A stretch of 64,000 bases of DNA from assembly GCA_965153285.1 (NCBI GenBank), contig OZ229116.1; one strand, 5' to 3'. The position numbers and the translations under genes are program-made. Position 1 is the first letter of the stretch. Each line of letters opens with the position of its first letter. Positions 25,283 to 37,408 of this stretch are shown one piece after another. The stretch comes from Podarcis tiliguerta. Lineage: Eukaryota. The notes under the pieces were generated by a model. That model saw nothing but the letters and a program-made list of their open reading frames with translations. It was not told the origin of the DNA and made no database searches.

Positions 25283-27219
25283 CTGTATATTTGAAAGGAT
25301 CATAGAATTGGAATTGACCCTGAATATCATCTATGTGCAGGAATTATAGGTTTTTGTTTTACAAAAAACGATGGGAGATGTGAAATAAGCTTTATTTTCT
25401 TGGCTAAAACAAGGCAGATAATACACAAATGTGGGAATGCTGGGAAGCATAGCTTCATGAGGGCTCCTCTCCTTCGACATTCACCTGGGACAGCCATTCC
25501 ATCAAGCTGACTCAGTGGGAGAGATAGGAAGCAGGGCTCATTTCTCCAAATTGGCTGGAAGCCCAACTCTATCAGGGACTTCCTGGCCCTGAACAGTGCC
25601 AGCTGGTCATTATAGTAAAAACTGTTGAAAAAATTGTGCCTGAGTTTTGATTTTGATTTTCCTCTTCCCTCCCTGTCCCCTTTCCCTGGCATTTATTTAT
25701 TTAGTTGTCAGATTGTAAGCCTGTGGGTAGGGACTGCTGTCTTATTTTGATTATATCTTAGCCACTGCGGAAGGCTTTTTTTGCCTGAAGAATGGGGTAC
25801 AAATGTAGGTATGGTAAGTAAATACAACACTACCATATTCATAATCCAGTCTTACCCCCAGAAATGCAATTAATTTTGACACATTTATACTTCTTAAAAG
25901 TTTAATAAACTGCCTAGGCTCTCCTGCCACCTGCTGCCCCCTACCTGCCTTCAAAATTTTCTCCAGTGGTTTGGGGTACCCTTTGGTGCAGATATAGGGG
26001 GCACCCAGAAAGAGGAGAAAAAGAGAAAGCTACTTTGTGCAAGCAGAAATTCACTTGCACAACGTTGATACACCATAACACTCTTCAATGACTGCTTATG
26101 CACATAGGTCAGAATGGGGTAGGGTGGGGGCTAAAGCCAGAGCACTGAGGGACTCCTATGGAAAAAGGAGAGAAGAAAATTTCTCTTGAGGAAACATTGA
26201 AATAACAATTAGTCATGCAGGAGGAGAAGTCACTACAGACAACATCACAGAGACTTGGAGTCAAAAGGGAGTCTAACAAGAGATACAAACAACTGTATCA
26301 AAGGTAGAAAGTTATATTTTATTAAAACTATCAGGGTTCACAAAGGCTAAATATATCATTTGGCATGCTGGAAATCATATTTTCAAATGTTTTCACACTT
26401 TGTTTAGAAAGAGAAATAAATAAATGAAAAACACTGTTGATATACTTTTTAAAAACGCGGTGAGAGAAAAGAATTTCACAGCGTACCATGGCTGCTGCGT
26501 GTGGGAGGCTAGCCATCGCTGTTTAACTAAGTAATTAAAGCAATCATAAAATTCTACCACATATGCTTGGCTTTCATTAGAATAGTGCTATATAACTGGA
26601 AAGGAGTGTTCCAAGTAAAAGCAGATGCAGACACTTATAAAATGTCCATAGGTATCTGGCATTCTCATCCACATTTGCCTTACTGTTATTATTCTATCCC
26701 ATACTAGTTTTCTGACACATACACAAAATCAAGTTGGCATACAGGAGCATTCTTGGATGAAATTTTATAATTGACAGATTGGAGCAGTGGCCAGAGGGGG
26801 TGAGAGTTTCTGCATTTCCTGCTTTGAAATGATGCTGGTTTGTCAGCATTGGAAATTAGTGGCAATAATTGTCCCTGTCTAGCAGCTGAAAGAATGAGGT
26901 GCCAACTGGTGGCAAAGCTTCAATAGGCCGAGGAATACAGACAAACCAACCCTCCATTTTTTTTTAGTGCTCCAAAGTGCTGAGAGGCAACAGTGAATGA
27001 TTTCATACAACTATTCAGAAAATAAGTAAATGCAGGATTTTGGGGATAGCGATCTGCTCTTATTGACTACTTCCACTTGAAGAGACAGGAGTTTGAAAAT
27101 ACTTATTGCTCTTATTGCTCAAACTGTGTTTTCACTGTCTGGATCAGGCCAATGGCCCATCTAGTCCAGGATCCTGTTCTCACAGGAGCCAACCAGATGC
27201 TTATCTCCTAATAATTTCT

Positions 27220-27455
27220 GAGAGCCTGTGTGGTGTAGTGGTTAAGAGCGGTAGTCTCGTAATCTGGGGAACCGGGTTTGTGTCTCCACTCCTCCACATG
27301 CAGCTGCTGGGTGACCTTGGGCTAGTCACACTTCTTTGAAGTCTCTCAGCCCCACTCACCTCACAGAGTGTTTGTTGTGGGGGAGGAAGGCAAAGGAGAA
27401 TGTTAGCCGCTTTGAGACTCCTGGAGGGGAGTGAAAGGCGGGATATCAAATCCAA

Positions 27456-27486
<31 letters not shown>

Positions 27487-27506
27487 TTCTTCTTCTTCTT
27501 CTTCTT
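27220..27506 (+). mobile_element. tRNA/CORE-type SINE (Squam3-like) with an (ACT)n(CTT)n tail
   Basis: A-box head gtgtggtgtagtggttaagag and MIR-like gctgggtgaccttgggc core. Second copy at 56150-56402. Confidence 0.8.
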
Positions 27507-28718
27507 GACAGCTCTACTGCTCTGACCTTCTGGAGAAGGACAAGTACACACAGAAAGCTTGTCATCTATTATCCTCCATTCCAGAAAAATAGCCAAATGT
27601 CCCTCTCTGTTTCATCGCCGCTCCATTCAATAGCTGATAGTTCTAGAAATTCATTTTTATATATATAAAAAATGAGATGGATCCAGGTTTCTTATTCACC
27701 TGAAAGTTAACAGTCATGGCAAAGGTCTCCCTGACTGAAATATTTTAAGGTCTTCTTTTTCGAGATGAGGGGAGAAACATTAAAGGGTGTGTATTTTCAT
27801 GTGTTCTAAGAGCAGACAGTACAATGTCTTCCAAGCAAGGCAAGCTAAAGAATTAGAACAGTTAATGTCATTCTTCATAGCAGGAGGTCAATAGGATTGT
27901 TATTATTATCAAGAAAAGAGTTATTTTAGGTAATTTACTGCTGTAGCTAACACAAAAGCATGCTGATAGGCATGAAAGGAAGTAGGCTCATTATCAGCCA
28001 AGAGTGGACAGGTTGGTAAGTGTTAGGTAATAAGGGTGAGGAAAGATACTGCTATATCAAATCACAGCTCAAAGTTCAGAGCCACATTATTGAATATGGT
28101 TGGTGCAAGATGTGGCCTTTCATGCCAAGAGTGCAATATGATGGGAAAGTTTCCTCCTTTCTCAGATTCTCAACAGTAAGAAATTAAACACTAAAACTGA
28201 CCAGACTCTTTCAAACACTGTGATGACGCTCCAATAAAATGTCAGGCACTTATTTAATTTATAGCGCAGCGCTAAGAACTTCACCCCATTGAACATAGTC
28301 ACTTGCTTCCAAGTAAACTGTATTGTTAGTTAAACTACTTTTGCTAGTCTACCACTTTATACTGTCGTTAGATTATTCTTTTTCTAGTCACACCTACCAC
28401 CAAAATCATGTCCTTGCAACATGTTACTGTACCCATGGTGACAAGCTAAAAATAATTTCTCAGCACCTTCTCATAGATTAACTAATATACTTGTAGGTTA
28501 TACCTGAGGTCTTCCAATAACTAGATTACTAAAATATCACACACACACACAAACAGCATTTCCCTATCTCCTTCTCCTTCTGTACTTTCATATTTATCCC
28601 TACCATTTTTAATTAAGATAAGTGTTTTAAACAAAAACATTAACATTATCTCACAAGAAGCTGAAGTACCTTGTATCCATTCTCCTAGCCAAGGATCTCT
28701 TCAGGAATTATTGTGGTA

Positions 28719-28959
28719 CAGTCGTACCTCAGAAGTCGAACGCTTTGCAAGTCAAACATTTAGGCTCCTGAATGTCACAAACCCGGAAGTGATTGTTCTG
28801 GTTTGCAAACATTCTTTGGAACCCAAATGTCCGTTGATGCTTCCAATTGGCTGCAGGAGCTTTTTGCAGGCAATTGGAAGCTGCACCTTGTTTCCCAAAC
28901 ATTTTAGAAGTCCAACGGACTTCCGGAATGGATTCCGTTTGACTTCCAAGGTACCACTG
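28719..28959. mobile_element. Tigger-like MITE, family C
   Basis: TIR CAGT(C/G)GTACCT...GAAGTC with TA flanks. Confidence 0.85.
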
Positions 28960-29832
28960 TATACTGGTCTGTGACATCCCTCTTGCGTTCTCAACACCTT
29001 TACCTTATGAGAAAATAATCTGCAAAGAATTTAATCTATTTTGCAGTCCCATTTTTCCTTGCCTTTTGAAGATGGACAAGCTTTGGAAAGAAGAGAGAGA
29101 GATACAGAAATGTCCTCTCTAACCTGCTCCCCTGCTTTTATAATAAAGAGGATGAAGAAGATCCATCAGCCTTGTTGCCTGCCCGTCAAAGCAAGCCCTA
29201 CCATTGGACATTTCTTCTCATCTGTTTTACCTTTATAGCAAAACTGAGTGATTTCACAATAACAAATGGGAAATAAGGGTGGGGTGAGGGTGGGAAGAGA
29301 AGCAACTTGTAATTAAGGCACTCCCCCCCCCCACTCCCAGTGACTCTCATTAAAGAACAATTTGGAAGCTAGTCACAGGGCAATTCAAAGGTTATTCACT
29401 AGTATTATCACATTATCCTCAACTAGAAGCAATAAAAAGGAGACAAACTGGAGGAACCTTTTAATTAAAGGCTCATTAGACCTGAGAGGTCTCTATATAT
29501 CTTGGCCAGTCCATACTGGATATTTTGCACTGACACTGCATTGTATTACACACACACACATGCACACAGAGAGAGCAAGAGAGCGCAAAACAGGTTTGAA
29601 ATTTTTTGAAAAGCAATATAGAGACATCTAGAAAATAATGGGCTAGCAATAATATTGTATGGATCCTAGGTAAAAAGTGAGTGGCAAGTTCCAGACTAAC
29701 GTTATAGTATGCAAAAGCTACCTACACAGTTCGCCTAGAAGATCTAGTTGCTCCTTTCATTTACCCAGGCAGTTGCATTATGTGATGCATGAGAGCAGCA
29801 AATAACCAGACTGTACACTGCTGATGGAATAA

Positions 29833-29836
<4 letters not shown>

Positions 29837-29880
<44 letters not shown>

Positions 29881-30998
29881 TTAAATATTTTTTATTAAGA
29901 GGCAAATCAAATCACATTAATTCCAAATTACACAGCCAAATTTTAAATTTTTTGTTGGGGGTACCCATACTTCGAGCTCCAAACGGGATCCAAACATCTC
30001 TCTTGCTGCTGCTTTAATATACACAGTTCTATCCAAATAGTATTCACAGTTCTATTCCATCTTCCCTTTGTGGTTTTCCTCATCTTCTTGTATTCTTTAT
30101 GATCTCTGATAGTCTCCACAAGCAGGCTGAAAACAAACATGGTTATATCCTGTGTGGATTTTACACTCATCCAAGAGCCATATCAAAATAGAGAGACATC
30201 ATTTCAGCACCTCCGTACAAAACGTTTCCCATCGTCTGTCCTGGTTTCCACAGACCTGCCGCTCTCATAAATTTTCTCAGGGGGCCCTGCCAGGCCGATC
30301 TCACATTCCGATATAGTAACGGCCATAGTCCTCCTCCCCTTCAGTCCTCCTGTGGGCAGGCCTGCCATAACAGTCTCTTTTTATGACTGCGTCACAGAGA
30401 ACTTTCTTGATATTCCCACACGCCATATCTTTGATTAGTAATTAATTTCCACACAGTTCTTACTCATCCTGCTTGTGATCAGTAATCGCGATGATTCTTT
30501 CTTAGGGGGAAGGGTTATTGGGTACTCACATAAGACAAAAAAAGAAAAGCCCCCCCCCCTTTTCAGTCTCGCTCCGACATACCAATCCTTTGATGATGAT
30601 TCTTGATTTATTGTTGAATCCAGCCCGTCACTCCACATCCCAGAGATCCCTTTAATTAGCAGTCTTTACTCCTGATCTTCACTCAAAGTATGTGCATTTG
30701 CTTCTTTTCTAATTGTTTATTTCGAGCTAATGCAGCCAGTGCGCGATCAGAGACAGCGTCCGGGAGAGCCGGACCCACACAAGGGCTTTGTGCCTAGTGT
30801 CCTCACCCCCTTCTTTTGAATCCGGGGGTGATTTATGGCCACAGCAGGCAAGGCAGTGTTCCCCATTCTCTTGGGCAACAAGGGAGGCTGAATACTCCCA
30901 TATCAGCCTCTTAATTACCTCGTGTGAGCTGGAGAGATCGGAGAGATGTTATTGTCGGCCATCTTCCAATGTGCCCCTAGTGCCCCCCCCCCCCCCCC
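29837..30998 (-). mobile_element. Non-autonomous L1-like retroelement with both ends present
   Basis: Perfect 17-bp TSD GCTGATGGAATAAATTA at 29820-29836 and 30999-31015. 5' G-run followed by AAGATGGCCGA. AATAAA at 29891-29896 and a (TAA)n tail. Confidence 0.75.
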
Positions 30999-31015
30999 GC
31001 TGATGGAATAAATTA

Positions 31016-31500
31016 GGCCAGATCGTTATTGACAACAACAATCATGGTAAGGGTTGGCATGGCATTGGGACCAGGACCAGTTCATCATTCCACAACCACA
31101 TATTGATAGAATGGGTCTGTTGGGTTTGGGCCACCCCAAACCTGTTCCATGGGTGTCGGCCAGTGTTGAACCTTGTTGTGGTGCAAGCCAAACAAGCAAA
31201 GGTCTCATTGGGCAATCAGGGTGCAGATTCCAACCAGGCAAGATACCCCAACCCAAGCTTTTGAAGTGCCATGGTCAACCTTCCCCCTTAGCTCTCCCCA
31301 CATGCTATGTTGGTCCTGCCCAATGCCATTTCTGCCCTCATACAAACAATGTACTTCTGTTTAGCAAAAGTAGGCCATAATTTCACTGAGGGGAAGGTGA
31401 GAAAACCCCAGAACCGAGTGCCAATCATGCTGAGAGACAACATTACTTTCTGGCTTGTCAACCAGCACCCCAAAAGTGATCAGCGAAGGCTCTAACCTGA
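31016..31500 (-). mobile_element. Old copy of the LTR-like family, interrupted by the L1-like element
   Basis: aaattaggccagatcgttattg matches aaatttaggccacaactttattg near 42472. Degenerate core motif at 31390-31455. Confidence 0.45.
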
Positions 31501-32444
31501 GGGTGGGTGGGAAGCACTCAAGGCAAAATGCCTCTGAGCTCCTTGCCTAGTATTTTGCTGCAGTCTATGGGCCACAGTGCTTCGTCTTTTCAAAATATCT
31601 ATAGCATAACAAAATCCCACCTCTTTCTCATTTCTATCAGCCTGAAATAAACCATAACCTACTTTTGCATCCACCCACTGTATTTACTTATTTTGTCTTA
31701 AACGTGCATCTTGCTTTTTTGCTGGCATCAATTTGCTGCTCTTAATGACATGTATGTGACAGGGATTGGTTTCTGTCAAGTTCTGCAGCTATGTCTCCCA
31801 AGCAACTTTTCCAGAACTCATTTTGAACAACAGATAATGTGTGACTGTGAATATGCTAGAGTGAATATGCCAGTTGAGCATCTGCTCAGTATTGTATAAA
31901 CACCTTTTTCTCTGAAATTCCTGATTTGCTATGAAATAAATTGTCTGTTTTTATGTTCAACATCATCCACAAATTTTTGGTTCGCTTCCAACTTTTCCAT
32001 GTCATCCCCTAAGAAAGCCTGCCTTTTCATTACTGGTAATTCAAAGAGACTTGTAGAACGTGATGGTGGTAGGAGCAAGGACAAAACTCCTAGCACAGAT
32101 TTGTGGGTGATGTTGCTCTGGGGTAGTTTTAAGTCAGGCTAACAGTCCATTAAAATTCCAGCACACTGAACAACACTGTATTTTCTCTACTGGAGAAAAA
32201 TACTTTGCATGTTGGAAAGCATATATTTGATTCTTGATAAAACACAGAACAGCATGAGAAATGAAAGATCATTGCAAATATCTTTCCCCATCATCATTAT
32301 TTTTCTCATAATAGGAGAAAAATGAATTTACCAAGAAAAATACATTTTTTAAAAAATTCCTAAGGCAATAATATGGATAATTGCAAATATTATTACTTTA
32401 GCTTGAATTATACAGACAAGGTATTTCAACAATTTACAGTACAA

Positions 32445-32600
32445 CCGTCTACACAGAAACAAATCCCAATAATTTCAGTGGGGCTTGCTCCTACATAAAT
32501 AGACATAGGATTTCAAGTTTGGGCTGCAAGCCTAACCCCACTTAGTACTTGGGAGTAAACCCCACTGAATTAAACAGAGCTTACTTCTGAGTAGATCTCT
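32445..32600. repeat. Two adjacent short palindromic squamate repeats (ggctgcaatcct/aggattgc type)
   Basis: gggagtaaaccccactgaa...gcttacttctgagta pattern. Related copies at about 19300-19355, 40990-41062 and 51240-51302. Confidence 0.5.
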
Positions 32601-33658
32601 TTAGTACTACATTGTTGCGATTGCCTTCCAGTTCTAGGTGAGAAGACAAAAATGCAATCATCCAGAGAGAGAAACGGCATAGGAAAATTGACAGAGTTGT
32701 GCATTTGATAAAGGAAAAATAAATACACAAAGTTACACATAAATAAGCAATGACAAAGAAGAGATTGATTATTTGGGGCTTTAATAATAAATGTCTGCAG
32801 CACAAGCTGAAAAAGAAAGTATAATAAACAGAAAGAACATTCAAGATTAATAAGAATTATGATGAGCTGTGATGATTGCAGGATTTTGAAAATAATGGTT
32901 TTCCACTAGTCTTTTCAGCCATCATTATATGGACATAAACCCTGTAATTTCTTCTTCTACTTTTCATTAGACTGGTAGTAAGCAAGAGTTTTGGCTGTGT
33001 TTGGCAGTAGGTTATGAAATGGGGAAAACACCCAACTCAGAATGATTATAGATCAGGATAAAAACTTGAATGATTATACTTCCTAGTTTTGAGGTCACTT
33101 GGCTGGGACACACAAATAAAATAGCCACTTTATCAGCGTTTGAAAACAGTTATTACTTTGCCATTCTCAGAAGCCACTGTTATAAAATGCACTTTCCTTT
33201 CCAGAGTACAAATTGCCATGAAGCATTGACTAAGAAGGGGATGGTTTGAGGTTTGGATAGCTTTTTTCACTGCAGCTGAACATGACCTTAAGTTTGAGTC
33301 TGTGCAGTTTAAATATGAGTCTGAGCAGTTTACATAAAATAAAATTAGGAAAAAATAAAGTATTATTATTATTAATTACTACTACTACTATTAATAGCTT
33401 CCCATGAGGCATACCAAAGTGATTTAGGATCCAAGATACAAAATGCAACAATGACAACAAAACTTTTAAAAACAGATAAAACCATAGATAAAACTGAGCA
33501 GTCTTATTCAGTGTGAGGGGCAGAGGTTTGTTTCTTTATGGTTTTGATATTTCTCTTTTGAAACTTTTGAGAACTCTGTTGCTGACTTCATGGGATCTGG
33601 AACTTGATCCTTATTGTATGCCCAAAACTGTATTAGGGAAAGAGCTTGTTACTAGGAA

Positions 33659-33841
33659 AGGGGCCATAGCCTGTGGTAGAACGTCTGCTTTTTTTCTCTT
33701 TTTTCTTTGCATGCAACAAGGTCCCTGGTTCTTTCACCAGTATTTCCAGGTAGGTTTGCTTAAAACCACTGTTTGAAACCCTGGAGAGCCACTGCTAGAT
33801 GGATCAATGGCCTGATTCAGTAGGCAGTTTCCTATGTTCCT
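33659..33841 (+). mobile_element. Old tRNA-Ala-derived SINE
   Basis: Head ggggccatagc..tgtggtaga...tttgcatgca..aaggtccctggttc, body gaaaccctggagagccactgc, end ttcctatgttcct. A related head lies at about 9041-9090. Confidence 0.65.
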
Positions 33842-33869
33842 GTATCTTTTAGGGACTGCAAATCTAATA

Positions 33870-34234
33870 CAGTGGTGCCCCGCAAGACGAATGCCTCGCA
33901 AGACGGAAAATCCGCTAGACGAAAGGGTTTTCCGTTTTGGAGGTGCTTCGCAAAACGAATTTCCTATGGGCTTGCTTCGCAAGACGAAAATGTCTTGCGA
34001 GTTCCTGCGATTTTTTTTCGCTCCCCACCCCCTTTTTCTAAGGCACTAAGCTGCTAATAGCCTTTTAGCAGCTAATCCGCTAATCCCTTAAGCCTTTAAT
34101 AGCCGCTAATAGCCGCTAAACCGCTAATAGCGCTAATCCGCTAATCCGCTAATGGAGTTGCTTCGCAAGACGAAAAAACCGCTAGACAAAGAGACTCGCG
34201 GAACGGATTCTTTTCGTCTTGCGAGGCACCACTG
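33870..34234. mobile_element. Tigger-like MITE, family A (inverted relative to 11392-11758)
   Basis: Same TIRs and internal repeat array, TA flanks, CpGs largely intact. Confidence 0.9.
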
Positions 34235-34236
34235 TA

Positions 34237-34461
34237 CAGTGGTACCTTGAGTTACAAATGCCTCAGGTTACAAACTCCACAAACCTGGAAGAGTTACCTC
34301 GAGTTGAGAACTTTGCCCCAGGATGAGAATGGAAATCGTGTGCCGGCGGCGCAGCAGAAGCAAGAGGCCCCATTAGCGAAAGCACGCCTCTAGTGAAGAA
34401 CAGTTTCAGGTTAAGAACGGACCACCAGAACGAATTAAGTTTGTAACTAGAGGTACCACTG
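34237..34461. mobile_element. Tigger-like MITE, family B
   Basis: CAGTGGTACC TIRs; shares the TA at 34235-34236 with the preceding MITE. Confidence 0.9.
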
Positions 34462-34699
34462 TACCACCATACATTTGAACAATGCCAGTTGACACAGCCT
34501 GAATCAAACAATAAAATAAAGACACAAATCTGACATTATTGGGTCAGTTCTCCTACAATGCCTTATCACCACTTCTGATCCAAGTGACTTGAAGATTAAG
34601 CTAAGTTTGAAATTAACCTACATGGTTTTTCTATCGGAGCCCTTTAAACAAAATAAGCTTGTTTCATTCTTCTTGAGCAGACTGGTTTTTATGGTGGCA

Positions 34700-34857
34700 A
34701 ACTTGGTTCTCCCCTTCCTCATTTAATCCTCACAACAACCTTATGAGGAAGGCTAGGCCAAAAGGCAGCAACTGGCCCAAGGTCATCCAATGAGCTTAAT
34801 GGCTGACTAGGGATTCTGGTCTCCCAGTCCTACACACTAACCACTATGCCACACTGT
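34700..34857 (-). mobile_element. Old MIR/CORE-like SINE
   Basis: atttaatcctcacaacaacctt...ggcccaaggtcatcca...taaccactatgccacactg. Confidence 0.65.
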
Positions 34858-34977
34858 CTCTCCGACTTTGCCCAAGGCTTTCAGAGGGATCTGGATTGTT
34901 AAGAGATATATGTATCTCATACTAGGTAGGGGAAATAACAGGTAGCTGAATATTTTGTCCCGGAGTGTTAATATTAT

Positions 34978-34978
<1 letters not shown>

Positions 34979-35011
<33 letters not shown>
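34979..35011. repeat. (CA)n microsatellite
   Basis: Directly visible. Confidence 0.95.
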
Positions 35012-35013
<2 letters not shown>

Positions 35014-35414
35014 CTACTTCCACTCTCTATTTCTTTCCTTCTGAGTCTCACTTCATTCACTTTTTATGTTTTTTATGTCGCAATAAAAATACTATTAATG
35101 AACTTTATGCAGGTTTATGGACTTGAGAGCTAAGCAGGATGGCAGAAAATACATTATGGCATGTATGCCACCTTCCTTGATCTACTTACCTTGCTGTTAC
35201 CATCTTTGTACTACCTTGTTCCCTGCATGACTCTGCATATCTTTGCTGGGATGTCAAATAGGGTCCCAGTATTTTAAGAAATTAGTGAAGTTATAACAGA
35301 ATGAGAGATTATAAATAGTTCTAGTTAGAAAGAATCCATAGCTAATCTACATTAGCTTTCAACATCATGCTTCCTCTCAAAACAGCTACACTACAGCTAG
35401 CTCTACAGATAAGC

Positions 35415-35415
<1 letters not shown>

Positions 35416-35480
<65 letters not shown>
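35416..35480. repeat. Compound microsatellite (TC)n(AC)n(AG)n
   Basis: Directly visible. Confidence 0.95.
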
Positions 35481-35484
<4 letters not shown>

Positions 35485-36639
35485 ACAGTACAAAAAGTAT
35501 TCCTAATTTGCCTGCCATTCACTCTAAGGTTTTGGGACAGGTTACAATCACAGAAATAAGGTGGGTTCTAAAAATATACAGCTCAAGTGTCAAAAGCCAG
35601 GGTAAGCAGGTGAATCTTCACCATTCACCAAAAGCTGAAATTCCCTTCCAGAGGCTTCTAGGGCTTGAAGGGTAGGGCAAGACAGGTGAAGAAAGCCATC
35701 CCCCGATGGCCAATTTAAAGTCTCTCACCCCATCATATTTAGTATATAAAAAAGAAAAGCAATGCCTTTTTAGATCCACTTTGGATATGTTTTGTTGGTT
35801 TTTACAGAAGGCTACAACTATGAAACATGCTCGGAAGAGCAAGCAGGTTTGCATGCTCCCCCCCTTGGGAAATGTTAGCAGTGGCCACTGGCCAGTACAC
35901 AAATAAGATTTGTGTCTTATAAATAGTCTTGTACATGCTAATTACCCTGCTGAAAATGTTCAGTCAAATAAACTGTTGCAGTGGGGGAAATTAGAGGAGA
36001 AATGTAGCTGTACGCAACAGATCTAGGTTATTTCAAAGACATACAAGCTGCCATTGTGGGAAATTAAGAATGAATGGGGCCCAACAATGAAACAATGTTC
36101 AAGGTTACCCATGTATGCTTACAATTAATTAACAGAAATGAGTGCATTAGTGCTACTTAAAAATATTGACGCTGTGGCATGATGTAATGGCATGGGGGAA
36201 GCAAGAGTCAGCTACCGCTGCAAGTCAAGTAAGTCTGAAATATTTGCATTCGATCTCATCTAATCTCACCGACTCACAGGTTGCTAATACAGTTTAACTT
36301 TGAGATTGCTTTCCCACATTGCTTCTCTATATAATACAACTACTAATAATTTATTTTTCTATGCCACCCATCTGACTGGGTTGTCCCAACCACTCTGAGC
36401 AGCAATGCGAGAATTCTAAAGCCATATGGGAGGAGCCCACAACTATGGCTCCTTCCTAATGTCAGATAGTGGGACAATACTGGTATGGGAAGGAGCCAGC
36501 AATGATTTGGGAGGTATTGACAGAAAGTGTGCCTACAAATGCATGTATTAATTAAAGTGAACATACAAATGCATTGAATTGGGGGAAATTGCTCTGCAAA
36601 GAAGTCTGTATTAGGCAAAGTTGCATACAAAACTTCTGT

Positions 36640-37010
36640 TGTCTCTGCTCTGGTAACCTCCATGCTAGATTACTGCAATATGTTATATGTGGGGCTGCCT
36701 TTGAAGATGGTGTAGAAACTGAAACTGGTGCAGAATTCAGTGGCCAAATGGCTGACCAGAGTAGGACAGTCTGAAAAATAAAACCGATTCTGGCACAACT
36801 GCACTGGCTACCAATTAGTTTCTGGGCTCAACTCAAAGTTCTGGTTTTCAGCTAAAAAGCCTTATGCAGTTCAGGACCCCAGTAGCTCAAGAACCAACTT
36901 TCCCCATGTGAACCAACTCAAAGCCTGCTTTCATCATCTGAGGCCCTTCTCTCTGTGTGTCCCCACCCAATAAGGTGTGGAAGGAGGCAACACAAGGGCC
37001 TTTTCAGTGG
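36640..37010 (+). mobile_element. L2-like LINE ORF2 C-terminal fragment
   Basis: Translates as ALVTSMLDYCNMLYVGLPLKMV*KLKLVQNSVA...LHWLP, with stop codons. Confidence 0.75.
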
Positions 37011-37182
37011 TATATTTTCCTGAACCTTGCACATGTCAAACTGTGTAAAAAACAGCCTTTATTTTGGCTGCCTCTTACATAACATATATAAAGATGAAAG
37101 TTGTTCTAATATTCAGCATGATTCAGTCTCATGATTTCCCCCTCCCCAATTTTCTGAGCTTTTCACTTTTAAATAAGAATTA

Positions 37183-37408
37183 CAGTGGTATCTCTAGTTA
37201 CAAACTTAATTCATTCCGGAGGTCCGTTCTTAACCTGAAACTGTTCTTAACTAGAGGTGTGCTTTTGCCTAATGGGGCCTCTTGCTGCTGCTGTGCCTCT
37301 GGCATACAATTTCCGTTCTCATCCTGGGGCAAAGTTCTCAGCTCGAGGTAGTTCTTCCAGGTTAGCGGAGTTTGTAACCTGAAGCATTTGTAACTCAAGG
37401 TACCACTG
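37183..37408. mobile_element. Tigger-like MITE, family B (inverted relative to 34237-34461)
   Basis: CAGTGGTA TIRs with TA flanks. Confidence 0.9.
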
